Assembly (NCBI RefSeq): GCF_001194135.2 | Contig: NC_068991.1 | Location: forward strand, 23,810,775 to 23,874,774 | Reading direction: 5' to 3' | DNA from: Octopus bimaculoides | Lineage: Eukaryota | Length of the DNA: 64,000 nucleotides | Shown: one piece after another, positions 27,512 to 37,167 of the stretch | Numbering within the stretch: the stretch's first letter is position 1 | Layout: every line of letters begins with the position of its first letter | Position numbers and translations under genes: made by a program | The notes under the pieces: model-generated | What the model saw: only the letters and a program-made list of their open reading frames with translations | What the model was told of the DNA's origin: nothing | The model's database searches: none

Positions 27512-30500
27512 CCTTTCTACTATAGTCACAAGGCCTGAAACTTGTGGGGAGTAGGTAAGTTGATCACATCGACGACTGGTACATAATTTATTGACCCCAA
27601 GAGGATGAAAGGCAAAGCTGACCTCGGTGGAATGTGAACTCAGAATGTGAAGACAGATAAAATAACATTAAACATTCTGCCTGGTGTGCTAATGATTGTC
27701 AGCTCGCTGCCTTAATAATAATAACAATAATGATAATAATGATGTGGTTTAAACTTGTTCTTTTTCTTTTAGAAAATCAATGAGAGCACAAAATCTATTT
27801 TTGTCAGAGATTTACAGGCTGTTTCAAGGTAAGTACTAAAAATCCAACTGATGATGTTCCTTTTATTTCAGCATGACTCAATTGTCTTTTTAAGTGATTG
27901 AAACTGGTAGCATATTTTGATAAAAATATAAATACTTTCTTGTTTTTATCTCAAAGAATTTTCTTTTTGTTTTTTACTATAAATTTATCTTAACTGGTTC
28001 AATACACACATACACACACACCTACATATATATGTTGGTGTGTGTGTGTTGGTATATCTCCTTGACTCTGATAACTGTAAATATGTGTTATTGTCACATT
28101 AGTAATTTCCAGTTTTCCATGAACAACATGTCTGTCCTTGGGGGGAAAATATCAACCTTATTTGGAAACACATAAGGGTTGGTGGCAGAAAGGGCATCTG
28201 CCTCAATAAATTCCATCTGACCCATTCAAGCATAAAAAAAGTGGACATTAAAATGATGATGAAAGAATATCCTCTGAATTTTAACTATGTTAACACTAAC
28301 TGTTGTATTTTCATGCAAGTGGCATCTAGCAGTATGAATTTTTTTTTTAATTTCTTAAACTCACCGGTCTACAATATTCTATATTAATATAGTGATTCTC
28401 TCATCATTACCTTTCAAAGTAGTGATGAGAAATTCATTGAAGAGATCTAAGGAAACTAAATCATGTTCAAAGTTATCTCCCATACTTCCACAAACAAAAT
28501 ATTTAGCCATTGTTTAGTGTAATCTTTCCTCACTGCTTAGCCCTTTCTTTACTGTATTTATTTTGAGATGCTCTGTGTTTATTTCAATTATTTTAAATAT
28601 AACAAAGAATTTAGAAAAATAACCTAGTTATTATTAAGCTAATGTTAAGACCATAAATTGTGACTAAGGTTTGGTGGAAGATTTTAATTCAAAACTTACG
28701 GAAGCAAAACATTTGTACTACAGAACCAGTTTTGGCCAGGTTGGTAACGAAAGAATTAAATATATTTTCTCACCAGCTTTTTTGTGATCTTTGCCTTAAA
28801 TATGTTAACATTAACTTAATTGTTATTAAAAAAAATAACAACTTCAGCAGTTCTCTGAATCTGCAAAGTCATCCAACTCATACATTTATATAATGATCTT
28901 TGTTTGCAGTGATGAGTGTTTAGTTGTTTGAGGAACTCAACTACTTCCTCATTGAATTGATGTAGATGTGTTTGAGGACTTCACAGACTCATGTGTCATT
29001 ATGTAATTTTCATGCAGGATCAACATGACACAGGGTGAGATGGCCAACTCTTTTAATTACAGGTACAAATCCATCTGTTATGCTTCCAGACAGTTTCTGT
29101 CTACCAATTTCCATTCACAAATATTGTGTTGACTTGAGGCCTTGGCAAAAAAAACTCTTACCCTAAATGCCATTGCAGTGGCACCTTTGGCAAATATCTT
29201 GCCATTGCCATGAATTTACAAATACAAAAAAAGAAATAAAATGTTGAGGAGGTTCTTTCAGTCTTGCAATTTACATGGCAACCCTACTAATGCTGGTGCT
29301 ACAAAAAAAGTACCCAGTGGCTTTAAGAAGAGTATCCAGCTGTAGAAGCTATATCATAGATATTAGAGCACGATACAGTCCTCCAACTTGTCAGATCCTG
29401 TCAAACCTTCCAACCCATTGCCAGCATGGAAGGTAAATGTTCGATAATGATGAACGGTGGTGGCAGTGGCAGCATTCTGTATTAAACTAAAGAATCAAAA
29501 TTAAGTTTACTGGCTGATTTAAATTCCTGTTTGCAACTTCTTAAAGACAAAGCTGTGTCTGTGTGTTGTGTGTGTGTGTGTGTGGGGGGGGTTAAGGAGC
29601 AGTGAAGATGGGTTACAAAGGAATATATTTAATTTCTAAATGATTGTGGTTGCATACTTTGAAATTTCATTTAACATTTCACCTTTCATTAAATCACTGT
29701 AATGTATTGACCCTAATTGTCCAACATTGTTATTGTAGAGAGGAGATTGGAAATCTGAAGGAGGGAGAAATTGATAAGACAAAAAGTTACTCAGCTCTGT
29801 GCTGGTCACAGAAACCACTGACAGAAGAGCAACTAAGTGCACTTTCTACTTACAAGGTGAGTTTTATCCATATTTCTGTATTTTCTTTCTTTTTCACTGT
29901 TGAGAAATTCAGTTAATAAATATGTTAAGAAATTGCTAAGAGATTTTTGTAAATCTCTTGAAAATTCTGAAGGCACTCTTTTGTCTTGGTTCTAGGATTT
30001 GGCTATTCTTCAGAAAACACCTATCCGAGTTCTGCACAGGTAAGTCCTGTGAAGGTTGCTACCTTTCTTTTCAAGTGTGTTCATTTTCATGATGAATTCC
30101 TTTATGCATCTTCATTATCTTAAAACTTTGTAAATGATGTTACATATTAGAAGTAGTAGATTGAGAAAGAAAAGAGAAACATACCCACACACAGTGCTGG
30201 AATCGTAGGTGAAATAAATACCAGAGATGCTTTACTCCATGCAGAAACTGCCAGAGCTATTCAGATGCAGTGCAAGCTATTCAGATGTAGTGCAAGCTAT
30301 TCTGATGGTGATTAAAGTGGCGGCGATATCATCATCATCATTATTTCATGTCTGTTTTCCACATTGGCATGGATTTAACAGTTTGGCAGGAGTTGATTGG
30401 CTGAAAGGCTGTTTTGGCATGGTTTCTATGGCTGGATGCCCTTCCTAACACCAACCACTTTACAGTCTACACTGGAACGGGTGCTTTTTACATGGCACCC

Positions 30501-30539
30501 GCAATTACAAGCCTGCAAGATTAGGGATGCTAAGCCGGA

Positions 30540-30582
<43 letters not shown>

Positions 30583-33500
30583 GCATATATTCATTCTATT
30601 GTTTTATTAGTATTTTCCTGTGCTGGCAATCCTTGTTTTTCAAGTGAGGGTTTTTTGGTCAATAATCTTCAAAACTATAGAGCTACAAGATATATTGTTC
30701 ACAGGAAATGTAAACATATCACTATTTTTTTACCCCTCAGTGTATAAAAATTGGTGTTTTTGCATTTGTCTGCATACATCTAGAATTACAGCAGTTGATA
30801 TAAATGCATGTGTGTGTAAGTGTTTTATGTGTTTCTGAATGTGAATGTCTATGTCTTTAAATAGCTGTAGAAGTATGTCAACTGGAATAAACAATAGATT
30901 ATTTTTTATTTTATTTTACATTTCAGGCGTCCCCTGGCATCTCGTAAACGTCTGATACACTTTATGTCTGCAACAAAAGTTAATGACAATCACTTTCGCC
31001 TCAGTCTTTCTACGCAGGCTGGAACGTATCCTTTTTACTTTTGCTTTGTGCATGGTGGGTGGGTTGGCAGAATTGGTAGAGCACCAGATAAAATACCCAG
31101 TGATATTTCATTACATCCTTTCATATTCTGAATGAGAACAACTTCATTACATCATTTTATATTCTGGATGAGGACAGCTTTGTAAGGAAGTGTTGATTTC
31201 TAACTGTGAAGGGAACCTGTGGAAGAGGTAGACCCAGGAAGATGTGGGATGAAGTGGTGAAGTATAATCTTCAGATGTGTCTCATGGAGGCGATGACAAG
31301 TGACTGAAACCTTTGGTGATTTGCTTTGCTTGAGAAGTGAAATCATAGTCGTGGCCAGTGCCAGTGACATGTAAAGAGCACCCACTACACCTTATGGAGT
31401 GGCTGCTGTTAGGAAGGGCATTCAGCCATAGAAACTAAGCTAAAATAGACTGGACCCTGGTGCAACTCTCCAGCTTACCAGTTCCAGTTAAACCGTCCAA
31501 CCAATGGAAAACAACCTGGCTTGTTCCTCTGCCCCCGCCCATGCTGCAGCACTTGACCCTACCTTTCCAACACCACCATCCTCACAGGCACCCATCATCG
31601 TCCCTATCATATCAACGACTCCTTTATCTGCACTTCTAGCAACGTCATTTACTGCATCTTCTGCTCTTTCTGCCCTTCTCTGTACGTCGGTCAACAGGAC
31701 ACTGCTTGGCTGACCAGTTCATAGAGCATCTCTGAGACATCAAACTCGGCAATGACACCCCGGTCTTGCGCCATTTCCAACCCATGGAAAATGATGATGA
31801 TGATGAATTATATCCTTTCAGAGTTGATAAAACAGTAAACCTCGTCAAGTACTATCATTGATATGATTCTCTGTACTACTTCTCCAAAATGTGTCGAGGT
31901 ATAAGGTGCCTATTTGCATACTAAGTGCGGGGGGGTGGGAGTTATGTAATCCATGTTTCTCTGTGTGTGAAGGTCATGTATGAGTTGGATCTCCATTGTT
32001 TGATGAAGATTCAGTTCTTCGATCAACTGAATTGTCTGCTCCTAAATCATGTTAATGGCTGAGTATTCCACAGACATGTATGACCTTAATGTAATATAAT
32101 GTGATATAGTATGCTATAAGGCTGAATAATAGGTGTTTCACCCAATGATCTTCTGTACAGTTTTCTTCTACCTAATTCCACTCAAAAGGTATGGATCAAT
32201 CTGAGGTAACAGAAAATGACATTTACCCAAGATACCATGCATAGCATTTGAACCTGAGATCTCATGGTTTTGAAGAGAACATTTTAATCATTTGGCCATA
32301 CTGTTCCCAGCAGTATTTCTTCTGACTCATTACTTTCTGAGTTGAGATTCCACTGGGATCAACTTTGTTTTCCATCCTCCCAGCATTGATAAAGTACTAG
32401 TCAAATACTAGGGTTAATACTATCGAGTGCCCTGCTTCCTGTGAATTTGCAGGCCTAGTGCCTCCTTTAGGTACAGGAATCATAAGTGACTTGCTCATAG
32501 TATGTCAAGGTGTGGACATCCTTAATAAAGGATTTTGATTGCCATGTCATTTTTTTTTTAAGTATAAAAATTCAGTTTTAAAATGTTTATTTTTGTGATT
32601 TTTTCCCCCATTTTGCCACTAGGATAACATTAACTTGCATACTTAAATGTATTAATTAGCATACCTAATTAAATGAGGAACGCAAAACGTCATAGAAATG
32701 TTGTTATTAAGAAGTGATTTTATTGGAATTTGAATAAAATATATTTACTGGGCAAAAAATTGTTTAGAGGAGAGTTCTAAGAATAAATATATTTGATGGC
32801 AAAAAGTGATGTTTGTGAGAAGTTGTCATTGTATTTTTGTACAACTAAATCTATTGTAAGCATTCTCTGAATACTTTTGAAAAACAAACTCAACAAATGA
32901 TTTTTTTCTTCAATGAAATTATCAGCTATGTGAAAGAATTTGTTCATGGTGATTTTGGAAGAACTCAGCCAAATTTGTCTTGCGTTTTCAAAACTGACTG
33001 TGATATTTTAGAACTGGATGTTGTGGTAAGAACACATTTTCATTTTAGTTAACTTAATGTATTTTGTGTGTTGGTACTGTGATGTTTTTTTATGGAAAGC
33101 CACCATTATGGAATTCCAGTGAGGCCAACTAAGTGTTGCCTTATTGGAATTCCAAAACTAACTGTAAATAATGATTTAGTGGCATATTACGGTTTGTACT
33201 GTCTTGGGTGTATTAGCTTACACATAACTGAGTTACTCCTGCCTTATACATAATCTGCTGTTTGTATATTTTATAAGAGCAGCTTAAAGAATTTTCAAAC
33301 TCTATGGAAGTTATACTTTAGATCTAAAGCTCATGACTTTGTATCTTGAGCTAAAGAACAAGTTTGATAAAGATTTTAATCATTTTTTGCTGCAGTTGAT
33401 TTATATGGAAATTAAGGTGCCTGTTCTTTTGAAAGTTATCAAATATATTGTAGAAACTGCTTTATGCCAGCTGTGTGCATAGAAATTGTTTTCTGCTAGC

Positions 33501-34550
33501 TGCAATCTTCTAGATTTGCTGATTTTCTGTTCCTTATAAATACAATGTAGTTTTTCTAGAGGTCTGATAAGAAGATCATCATTGTCACCATTGTTTCTTT
33601 TTCACCTGCTTTTTGCATGCTAGCATGGATTAAATAAGATGTGTTGAGGCAATTTTCTGCAGTCCTTTCTTTTGATGAATCTTGTTTTTCTAGCAAGGTA
33701 TTTTTATTCTGCTGGTCTTCACATGGTGAAGCTTCTGACCTATGGGATATATTTATACTAGAAACACAAACAAATGATACCATTTTTGCTCAAATGGTGA
33801 CAGTGTGAAGACACATAGACATAGGTTCTTGTGCATACACGCACACACACACACTGTGAAACCCACAATGCAGTATTGTTCCTACATCCAGGACGGTGTT
33901 CTGTGATGCATACCCTTATCCTGGATTGTGTCCAGAGAAGAGTCATGAAGCTGATAGGCTCTCTATCGCAAGTGGACACATTCTAGCCTCTTCCCTCATG
34001 CTTGCTGTCTTCTCTTCCTTTGCTGTAACTACCATAACAGCTTTTGCCCTTTGGAGCTGGCTGCTTTTGTTCCTCCACTACTCAGGCACTCCATCCATCC
34101 ACTCATTTCATCTCTTCACCTCTAGCCCCCCACTTGGTGCACCACTTTCCCTGTAATAACTACTGTACTCAGTCCAAACATTGTCCCTCTAGAATCTCTT
34201 CCCAATTCATGTTTTTCCAGCAGCTATTCAAATGTAATATTAAGGGCATCAAACAAGGCGGCAAGCGGGCTGAATCTTTAGCATGCCAACCTTAGCCGCA
34301 ATTTGTCTGTCTTTACATTCTGAGTTCAAATTGCTTTCATCCTTTCGGGGTCAATAAAATAAGTACCGGTTGAGTACTGGGGTTAATGCAATCAACTTAC
34401 CTACTCTCCCTAATTTGCTGGCCTTGTGCCAGAATTTGAAACCAATATTAACAGCATCAGTCTCACCCATCTTAAAAGACCTGCAAAAGTCATAGGTTCT
34501 GCTCATTCCTTTAAATTCAGCAAGTAAATACACACACACACATACACACA

Positions 34551-34636
<86 letters not shown>

Positions 34637-35441
34637 TGTTTGTCTAAATATACAAATGTCTGAAATGCATTGTTATTAAATAAGATAACAATTTTTTCAA
34701 GTTATTAATCTCAACTTTATAAAAATAAATACTTTCAATAATTAGATTTACTCTGTGTTTTGATTGGTTCAATCTTCAGTTCATCCTCAGATTCTTATTC
34801 ATGAATATGTACATAGTTCCAGTTTAGATTTGAACTTGGAACTTTTATTTCCAAGCTAAAGGCAACAATTAGGGTTCCGATTCACTTGGCTATTGATGCG
34901 TGTGTCTGTTTAATTTATTTCTACCAGTTTCAGGACAGCTATTGTCATCTGAAATAGCTCTCACTTTCTTTGACTATAAATATAATTCAGAATCAGTATA
35001 TTTTATTAACTTTGAACTAATCTTTCAAAAAGAGGATCAAAGGTCCTTCCTGAGGTCATTTCCTGAGGACCTGAGGAAACTGGCTCATAAGGCCAGTTTC
35101 CAAGATTCTATGGAATTTATATTCCTTTCCCTCAATAGAGTGCTGATCCGTCACTAGATAACTCATCTTTACCAGGTGAGTGGATGTGAGCAATGTGAAG
35201 TGACATGTTTTGCTCAAGAATACAATGCATTGCTTGATCCAGAAATTGAAACCACAATCTTACAATTAGGAGTGCAACACCCTAACCACTAAACCATGTG
35301 CCTCCACAAACTAATTTTTACACTTCAATGAGTTGTCTTCACAGTTTTCTCATATCTTCTAATTTCAATGATTTATTTACTGTATTCTTATATTTCTTTC
35401 AGTCTGTGGACATTGACTGGCCAAAACGTCTTGACCAATGA
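2273..35441 (+). CDS. PUS10: tRNA pseudouridine synthase Pus10, 5'-partial, 17 coding exons (1350 nt, 449 aa + stop)
   Basis: Exons 2273-2404, 5565-5651, 9514-9548, 11002-11113, 15345-15406, 18703-18748, 20857-20930, 23195-23280, 23657-23782, 23964-24020, 27121-27197, 27773-27828, 29739-29856, 29996-30039, 30927-31025, 32926-33025, 35403-35441. All introns are GT-AG with matching phases. The translation has Pus10 hallmarks: [84 protein letters not shown]. Confidence 0.97.
3037..4701. repeat. About 440-bp unit: one inverted partial copy plus about 2.5 direct tandem copies
   Basis: Inverted part 3037-3197; direct copies 3198-3433 (partial), 3434-3870 and about 4285-4701. Confidence 0.85.
3872..4284 (+). 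mobile_element. tRNA-derived SINE, family A, full length
   Basis: GGCGCAGGAGTGGCTGTGTGG A-box-like and GGTTCAGTCCC B-box-like head, a conserved body, internal (AT)/(GT)n and an AAAAGAGT tail. Further copies at about 11498-11665, 18785-19095(-), 42395-42610 and 45220-45382(-). Confidence 0.85.
5565..5651 (+). CDS. PUS10: PUS10 exon
   Basis: aacag|ATT...CAG|gtaatt; [29 protein letters not shown]. Confidence 0.9.
7584..8293 (-). mobile_element. Decayed Tc1-family transposon, cut off by an assembly gap
   Basis: Minus-strand [18 protein letters not shown]... (ATG at 8149), then [13 protein letters not shown]...[14 protein letters not shown]...[10 protein letters not shown]; TIR-like CAGGAAGTAAATAGACACC at the right end. 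Confidence 0.85.
9514..9548 (+). CDS. PUS10: PUS10 35-nt small exon
   Basis: ttttcag|CATTCA...TTTGT|gtaagt; [11 protein letters not shown](V). It supplies the phase 0-to-2 shift needed between the flanking exons. Confidence 0.85.
9636..10099. repeat. Nested inverted-repeat (foldback) element
   Basis: Outer arms 9636-9741 / 9993-10080; inner arms 9824-9868 / 9905-9949. Confidence 0.85.
10250..10377 (-). mobile_element. RTE ORF2 internal fragment
   Basis: [35 protein letters not shown], typical of the RTE endonuclease-RT linker. Confidence 0.65.
11002..11113 (+). CDS. PUS10: PUS10 exon
   Basis: caacag|T GCT...AAG|gtaact; [37 protein letters not shown]. Confidence 0.92.
11161..11494 (+). mobile_element. 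tRNA-derived SINE, separate family
   Basis: GGAGGCGCAATGGCCCAGTAGTTAGGGCAGCGGACTCGCAGTC...GGTTTCGATTCC tRNA-like head, a long non-tRNA body and a CAACAAC tail. Confidence 0.75.
11774..11998 (+). mobile_element. tRNA-derived SINE, family C
   Basis: TGGCTTAGTGG / GATTCC boxes and a CTTGAGCAAAACACTTCATTTCAC core; related copies at 59021-59230 and about 35130-35305(-). Confidence 0.7.
12012..13204 (-). mobile_element. Tc1-superfamily DD36E (Incomer-like) transposon, both ends intact, 1193 bp
   Basis: TA-CAGGGGTTGGACAAAAT(AAT)GGAAAC terminal inverted repeats with TA on both sides; transposase remnant inside. Confidence 0.92.
12061..13017 (-). pseudogene. DD36E transposase pseudogene
   Basis: [14 protein letters not shown]...[13 protein letters not shown]...VIFSDESSF...FQDDNAP...SPDLNIIE...KGGPTSY*, with several in-frame stops. 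D2 at 12364-12366 and E at 12253-12255 are 36 codons apart. Confidence 0.9.
13591..14100 (-). mobile_element. RTE-clade LINE, 5'-truncated
   Basis: ORF2 C-terminus [27 protein letters not shown], then the 3' UTR and a (GAT)n tail. Confidence 0.85.
14533..14931 (+). mobile_element. Two tandem SINE-B copies bounded by three copies of a 17-mer
   Basis: ATTATAGTGAAGTGAAG at 14533 and 14915, and the variant ATTTTAGTGAAGTGAAA at 14703. Confidence 0.8.
15345..15406 (+). CDS. PUS10: PUS10 exon
   Basis: tatgcag|AGT...CT|gtaagt; [20 protein letters not shown](L). Confidence 0.9.
15880..16650 (+). mobile_element. RTE-clade LINE, 5'-truncated
   Basis: [21 protein letters not shown] remnant, 3' UTR GGTTGGTGTTAGGAAGGG and a GATGAT tail. 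Confidence 0.85.
16975..18573. repeat. About 230-bp inverted repeat pair
   Basis: 16975-17205 is the reverse complement of 18345-18573, with scattered mismatches. Confidence 0.85.
17495..18326 (+). mobile_element. RTE-clade LINE, 5'-truncated
   Basis: Same ORF2 C-terminal region and 3' UTR as the 15.9-kb copy; (GAT)n tail at 18309-18326. Confidence 0.85.
18703..18748 (+). CDS. PUS10: PUS10 46-nt exon
   Basis: ttcttcag|A ACT...AAG|gtgatt; [15 protein letters not shown]; the phase fits both neighbours. Confidence 0.85.
19503..19629. mobile_element. 127-bp Tc1/mariner-type MITE
   Basis: About 29-bp TIRs (C/T)AGGGTGTCCACAA(A/G)GTCTGGGTACATGG flanked by TA, with an AT-rich core. Confidence 0.8.
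19715..19930 (-). mobile_element. RTE reverse-transcriptase N-terminal fragment
   Basis: [25 protein letters not shown] remnant. Confidence 0.5.
19975..20340 (-). mobile_element. Possible CR1/L2-type LINE 3' fragment
   Basis: Highly degenerate minus-strand frame [20 protein letters not shown]..resembling the CR1/L2 ORF2 C-terminus; weak match. Confidence 0.3.
20857..20930 (+). CDS. PUS10: PUS10 exon
   Basis: tttcag|GGA...AA|gtaagt; [24 protein letters not shown](K). Confidence 0.9.
21557..21736. mobile_element. TTAA-flanked MITE, second family
   Basis: TTAA|CTCTTTTGATA ... GTAACAAAAGGT|TTAA; similar left ends at about 24430 and 61279. Confidence 0.45.
22162..22978 (-). mobile_element. Internally deleted maT/DD37D-like mariner element
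   Basis: TA-flanked TIRs CAGGGTGTT(G/C)AGG(C/A)T(A/T)AATTTGA; remnant [22 protein letters not shown]...CNTK, similar to the copy at 41.5-42.3 kb. Confidence 0.8.
23195..23280 (+). CDS. PUS10: PUS10 exon
   Basis: ctttag|G GTT...GCA G|gtatgt; [28 protein letters not shown](G). Confidence 0.93.
23410..23629. mobile_element. TTAA-flanked (piggyBac-type) MITE
   Basis: TTAA|CCCTTTAGCATT ... AATGCTTAAAGG|TTAA; a related, RTE-interrupted copy lies at about 55008-55430. Confidence 0.65.
23657..23782 (+). CDS. PUS10: PUS10 exon
   Basis: tttcag|GT CGA...G|gtaagt; [42 protein letters not shown]. Confidence 0.96.
23964..24020 (+). CDS. PUS10: PUS10 exon carrying the catalytic Asp motif
   Basis: ttgcag|AA TGT...AAT G|gtaagt; [19 protein letters not shown](G). 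Confidence 0.97.
24504..24990 (-). mobile_element. RTE LINE 3' end with expanded internal tandem repeats
   Basis: (CAT)n at 24504, the 3' UTR, and [17 protein letters not shown]. Confidence 0.85.
25319..25545 (+). mobile_element. Young RTE 3'-UTR copy
   Basis: CpG-retaining GAGCGTGGCCGTTGCCAG...GGTTGGCGTTAGGAAGGGCATCCAGC...CGGACGTTAAACGATG; a near-identical copy lies at 55042-55270. Confidence 0.8.
26398..26765 (-). mobile_element. RTE LINE 3' end
   Basis: (CAT)n tail, 3' UTR and a degenerate GRHKRRW equivalent of GRPRKTW. Confidence 0.75.
27121..27197 (+). CDS. PUS10: PUS10 exon
   Basis: ctgtag|GT CGA...AAT|gtaaga; [26 protein letters not shown]. Confidence 0.95.
27773..27828 (+). CDS. 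PUS10: PUS10 exon
   Basis: cttttag|AAA...AG|gtaagt; [18 protein letters not shown](R). Confidence 0.94.
29739..29856 (+). CDS. PUS10: PUS10 exon
   Basis: ttgtag|A GAG...AAG|gtgagt; [39 protein letters not shown]. Confidence 0.96.
29996..30039 (+). CDS. PUS10: PUS10 exon
   Basis: ttctag|GAT...AG|gtaagt; [14 protein letters not shown](R). Confidence 0.96.
30927..31025 (+). CDS. PUS10: PUS10 exon, followed by the U12-type donor
   Basis: tttcag|G CGT...GGA AC|gtatcctttt; [32 protein letters not shown](T). Confidence 0.95.
31026..31034 (+). promoter_or_regulatory. U12-type (minor spliceosome) 5' splice site
   Basis: The intron starts GTATCCTTT, the U12 consensus RTATCCTT. The donor position is fixed by the reading frame: AC|C completes the Thr of QAGTY. 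Confidence 0.85.
31170..31805 (+). mobile_element. RTE LINE 3' end, interrupted by a Penelope-like fragment
   Basis: [10 protein letters not shown] remnant and 3' UTR; the tail ATGATGATG resumes at 31791. Confidence 0.8.
31512..31775 (+). mobile_element. Penelope-like element GIY-YIG endonuclease fragment
   Basis: [32 protein letters not shown], then after a 1-nt frameshift [27 protein letters not shown]. Confidence 0.75.
32904..32914 (+). promoter_or_regulatory. candidate U12 branch-point sequence
   Basis: TTTTCTTCAAT resembles TTCCTTRAY. Its A residues sit 12-13 nt upstream of the AG, and there is no pyrimidine tract next to the AG (gaaattatcag). Confidence 0.5.
32926..33025 (+). CDS. PUS10: PUS10 exon
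   Basis: tatcag|C TAT...GTG|gtaaga; [33 protein letters not shown]. Confidence 0.96.
34527..34633. repeat. (CA)n microsatellite
   Basis: About 105 bp of CA repeat; similar tracts at 2986-3030, 53190-53250 and 60535-60577. Confidence 0.95.
35403..35441 (+). CDS. PUS10: PUS10 last coding exon
   Basis: ctttcag|TCT...TGA; [12 protein letters not shown], matching the recalled Pus10 C-terminal VDVDWP motif. Confidence 0.93.
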   Translation, partial: SVDIDWPKRLDQ

Positions 35442-35516
35442 AAGACATTTCTGCAGGCAAAACATCTGATTGTAATATGGAACTGTGATCTAGAATTTAA
35501 TAATCAATTTGGAAAA

Positions 35517-35547
35517 AATAAATAGATAAATAAATAAAAGAAATAAA
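35517..35547 (+). terminator. PUS10 polyadenylation signal cluster
   Basis: Four AATAAA hexamers (35517, 35529, 35533, 35542) about 75-105 nt after the stop codon, followed by U/GU-rich sequence. Confidence 0.6.
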
Positions 35548-35915
35548 AAACAATCACTTTCTCTATTGTTGTTACAATATTATTATTGCTGTCATCTTCA
35601 TTTTATGCCTGTTTTTCTATGCTGGAATGGTTGGACTGACCTTGACTAGCATAACATGTCACCATTTGTTGTATTCCTTAGTTATGTAATACACATCACA
35701 ACAGAGAAAACCATTAATCTTCTTGTTGTTATGCATCATGCTTTTCAGCTTGATTTTTATTTTATGATACTGCATGCTCTTCTTATCACCAAGTACTTCA
35801 CAATATAAACATTAATTTCTACAATATGCACAAGGCTTCACATTTTGTAGACTGTAGCATTGAACTCTATTTTGTTGTATATACTGTATCTTGTGTCTTT
35901 GACTAGCCACTAATA

Positions 35916-37167
35916 CGAGGGTTGGCTGAAAAGTTCATAGGCTGACCAAGATACTCTCATGGAATGTGACCAAATGAGGTTTATTTTTCAACATAATCTC
36001 CCTTGCAGTCCAAACACTTCTTTCATTGGCATTGCAGTGCTTGGATCCCATTTGTGAAGAGGCTTTCATCAACAAAGTCATCAACAGCAGTGTTTACATC
36101 ATTATCCCTGTGGCACTGGTTCCCAGCCAAGTGTTTTTTCATGTTGGTGAACAAATGATAGTCAGATGGGGCCAAATCAGAAGAATAGGGAGGGTGATCA
36201 ACCAGTTCAAAGCCACAGTCACACAGAAGCCATTGAAAGTAAGGATTTGTGTGCTGGAGCATTGTCCTGTTGAAACAAGATCCCTTTTGTCAGTTTTCCT
36301 GACAGTTTGGTCTTGATTTAGCTTTTCATAACTGCCTCAGCAAACTGGCAGAGTACTCTCCTTTGATGGTGTGACTCTTTTGAAAATTGTCTATAAAGAA
36401 CATCTTTTGCATCCAAAAGGACAGGCCATCGCCTTTACTGCAGATGAAATGACCCGACCTTCTTTGGAGCAGGTGAGAAGTATTTCCACTGTATGGATTG
36501 TCTCTTTATCTCAGGCTCAAAGTGATGACACTAACACATAGATTAGGAAAAATTCAAGGAAACCAGCTGGATCTGCCTGAAACAATGTCAGATTTTCCTG
36601 TGACTTGATCAGCCTGGTGCACTTTTGATCTGGTGTCAGATGTATTACCCATTGAGCAGAAACCTTCATGCCAAGTTCATTGTGCAGAATATTCTCAACT
36701 CTCTCTCACAGGATATGCTAGTAGTATGGGCTATTCGATTTATTGTCAATCACCTGTCATCCATCATCATGTGGTGAACACAATGTTTTCATTGGTGGTG
36801 GCAGTTTCAGGATGTCCAGACCTTGGGTCATCTTCAAGAGTCTCCTTTCCCCTCCTTAATTCAGCTACCCACTTTTGCACTATTGATAAAACTGGAGCAT
36901 CGTCCCCTAATGTAGCAAGCATGAATGTCCTTGTGGGGGCTAAACCATTTTTCTGCAGGTACATGATAACACTACGATGCCAAATTTTGTCCATTTTCAA
37001 GAGAAGTCACAACTAGTTATCTTTGAAGTCTTCTTTGAACAGTTAGATGTGAGTTTACTGGAAAGAAACAATGCAGTTGTTAATAAGGAGTTGAACTTAA
37101 TGCATGCAAGGTTTCATAGCTCTAGCATCACTCCTTCATAGTCAGCCTATGAACTTTCCAGTCTACG
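35916..37167 (-). mobile_element. mariner (DD34D) transposon, decayed, both ends present
   Basis: TA-CGAGGGTTGGCTGAAAAGTTCATAGGCTGAC on the left and GTCAGCCTATGAACTTTCCAGTCTACG-TA on the right; MDKIWHRSVI..LEDDPRSGHP, QQDNAPAH and HPPYSSDLAPSDYHLF motifs. Confidence 0.9.

Noticed and set aside
34351-34632. ORFs rich in VCVC, YIYI or THTH (also 2865-3086, 57342-57626 and others)
   Set aside because: These are translations of (CA)n and (AT)n microsatellites.
35075-35101. Perfect 10-bp hairpin GGAAACTGGC-TCATAAG-GCCAGTTTCC
   Set aside because: It matches the 3' end of the adjacent SINE-C copy. No CTRR follows as a Helitron end would need, and bacterial-style terminators are irrelevant here.
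2405-35402. Intronic C/D-box snoRNA candidates and hammerhead ribozyme cores
   Set aside because: The RTGATGA hits I checked are mostly RTE (GAT)n tails or lack a downstream CTGA with a terminal stem, and the CTGATGA hits lack a properly placed GAAA. This was a manual scan, so a covariance-model search could still find something.
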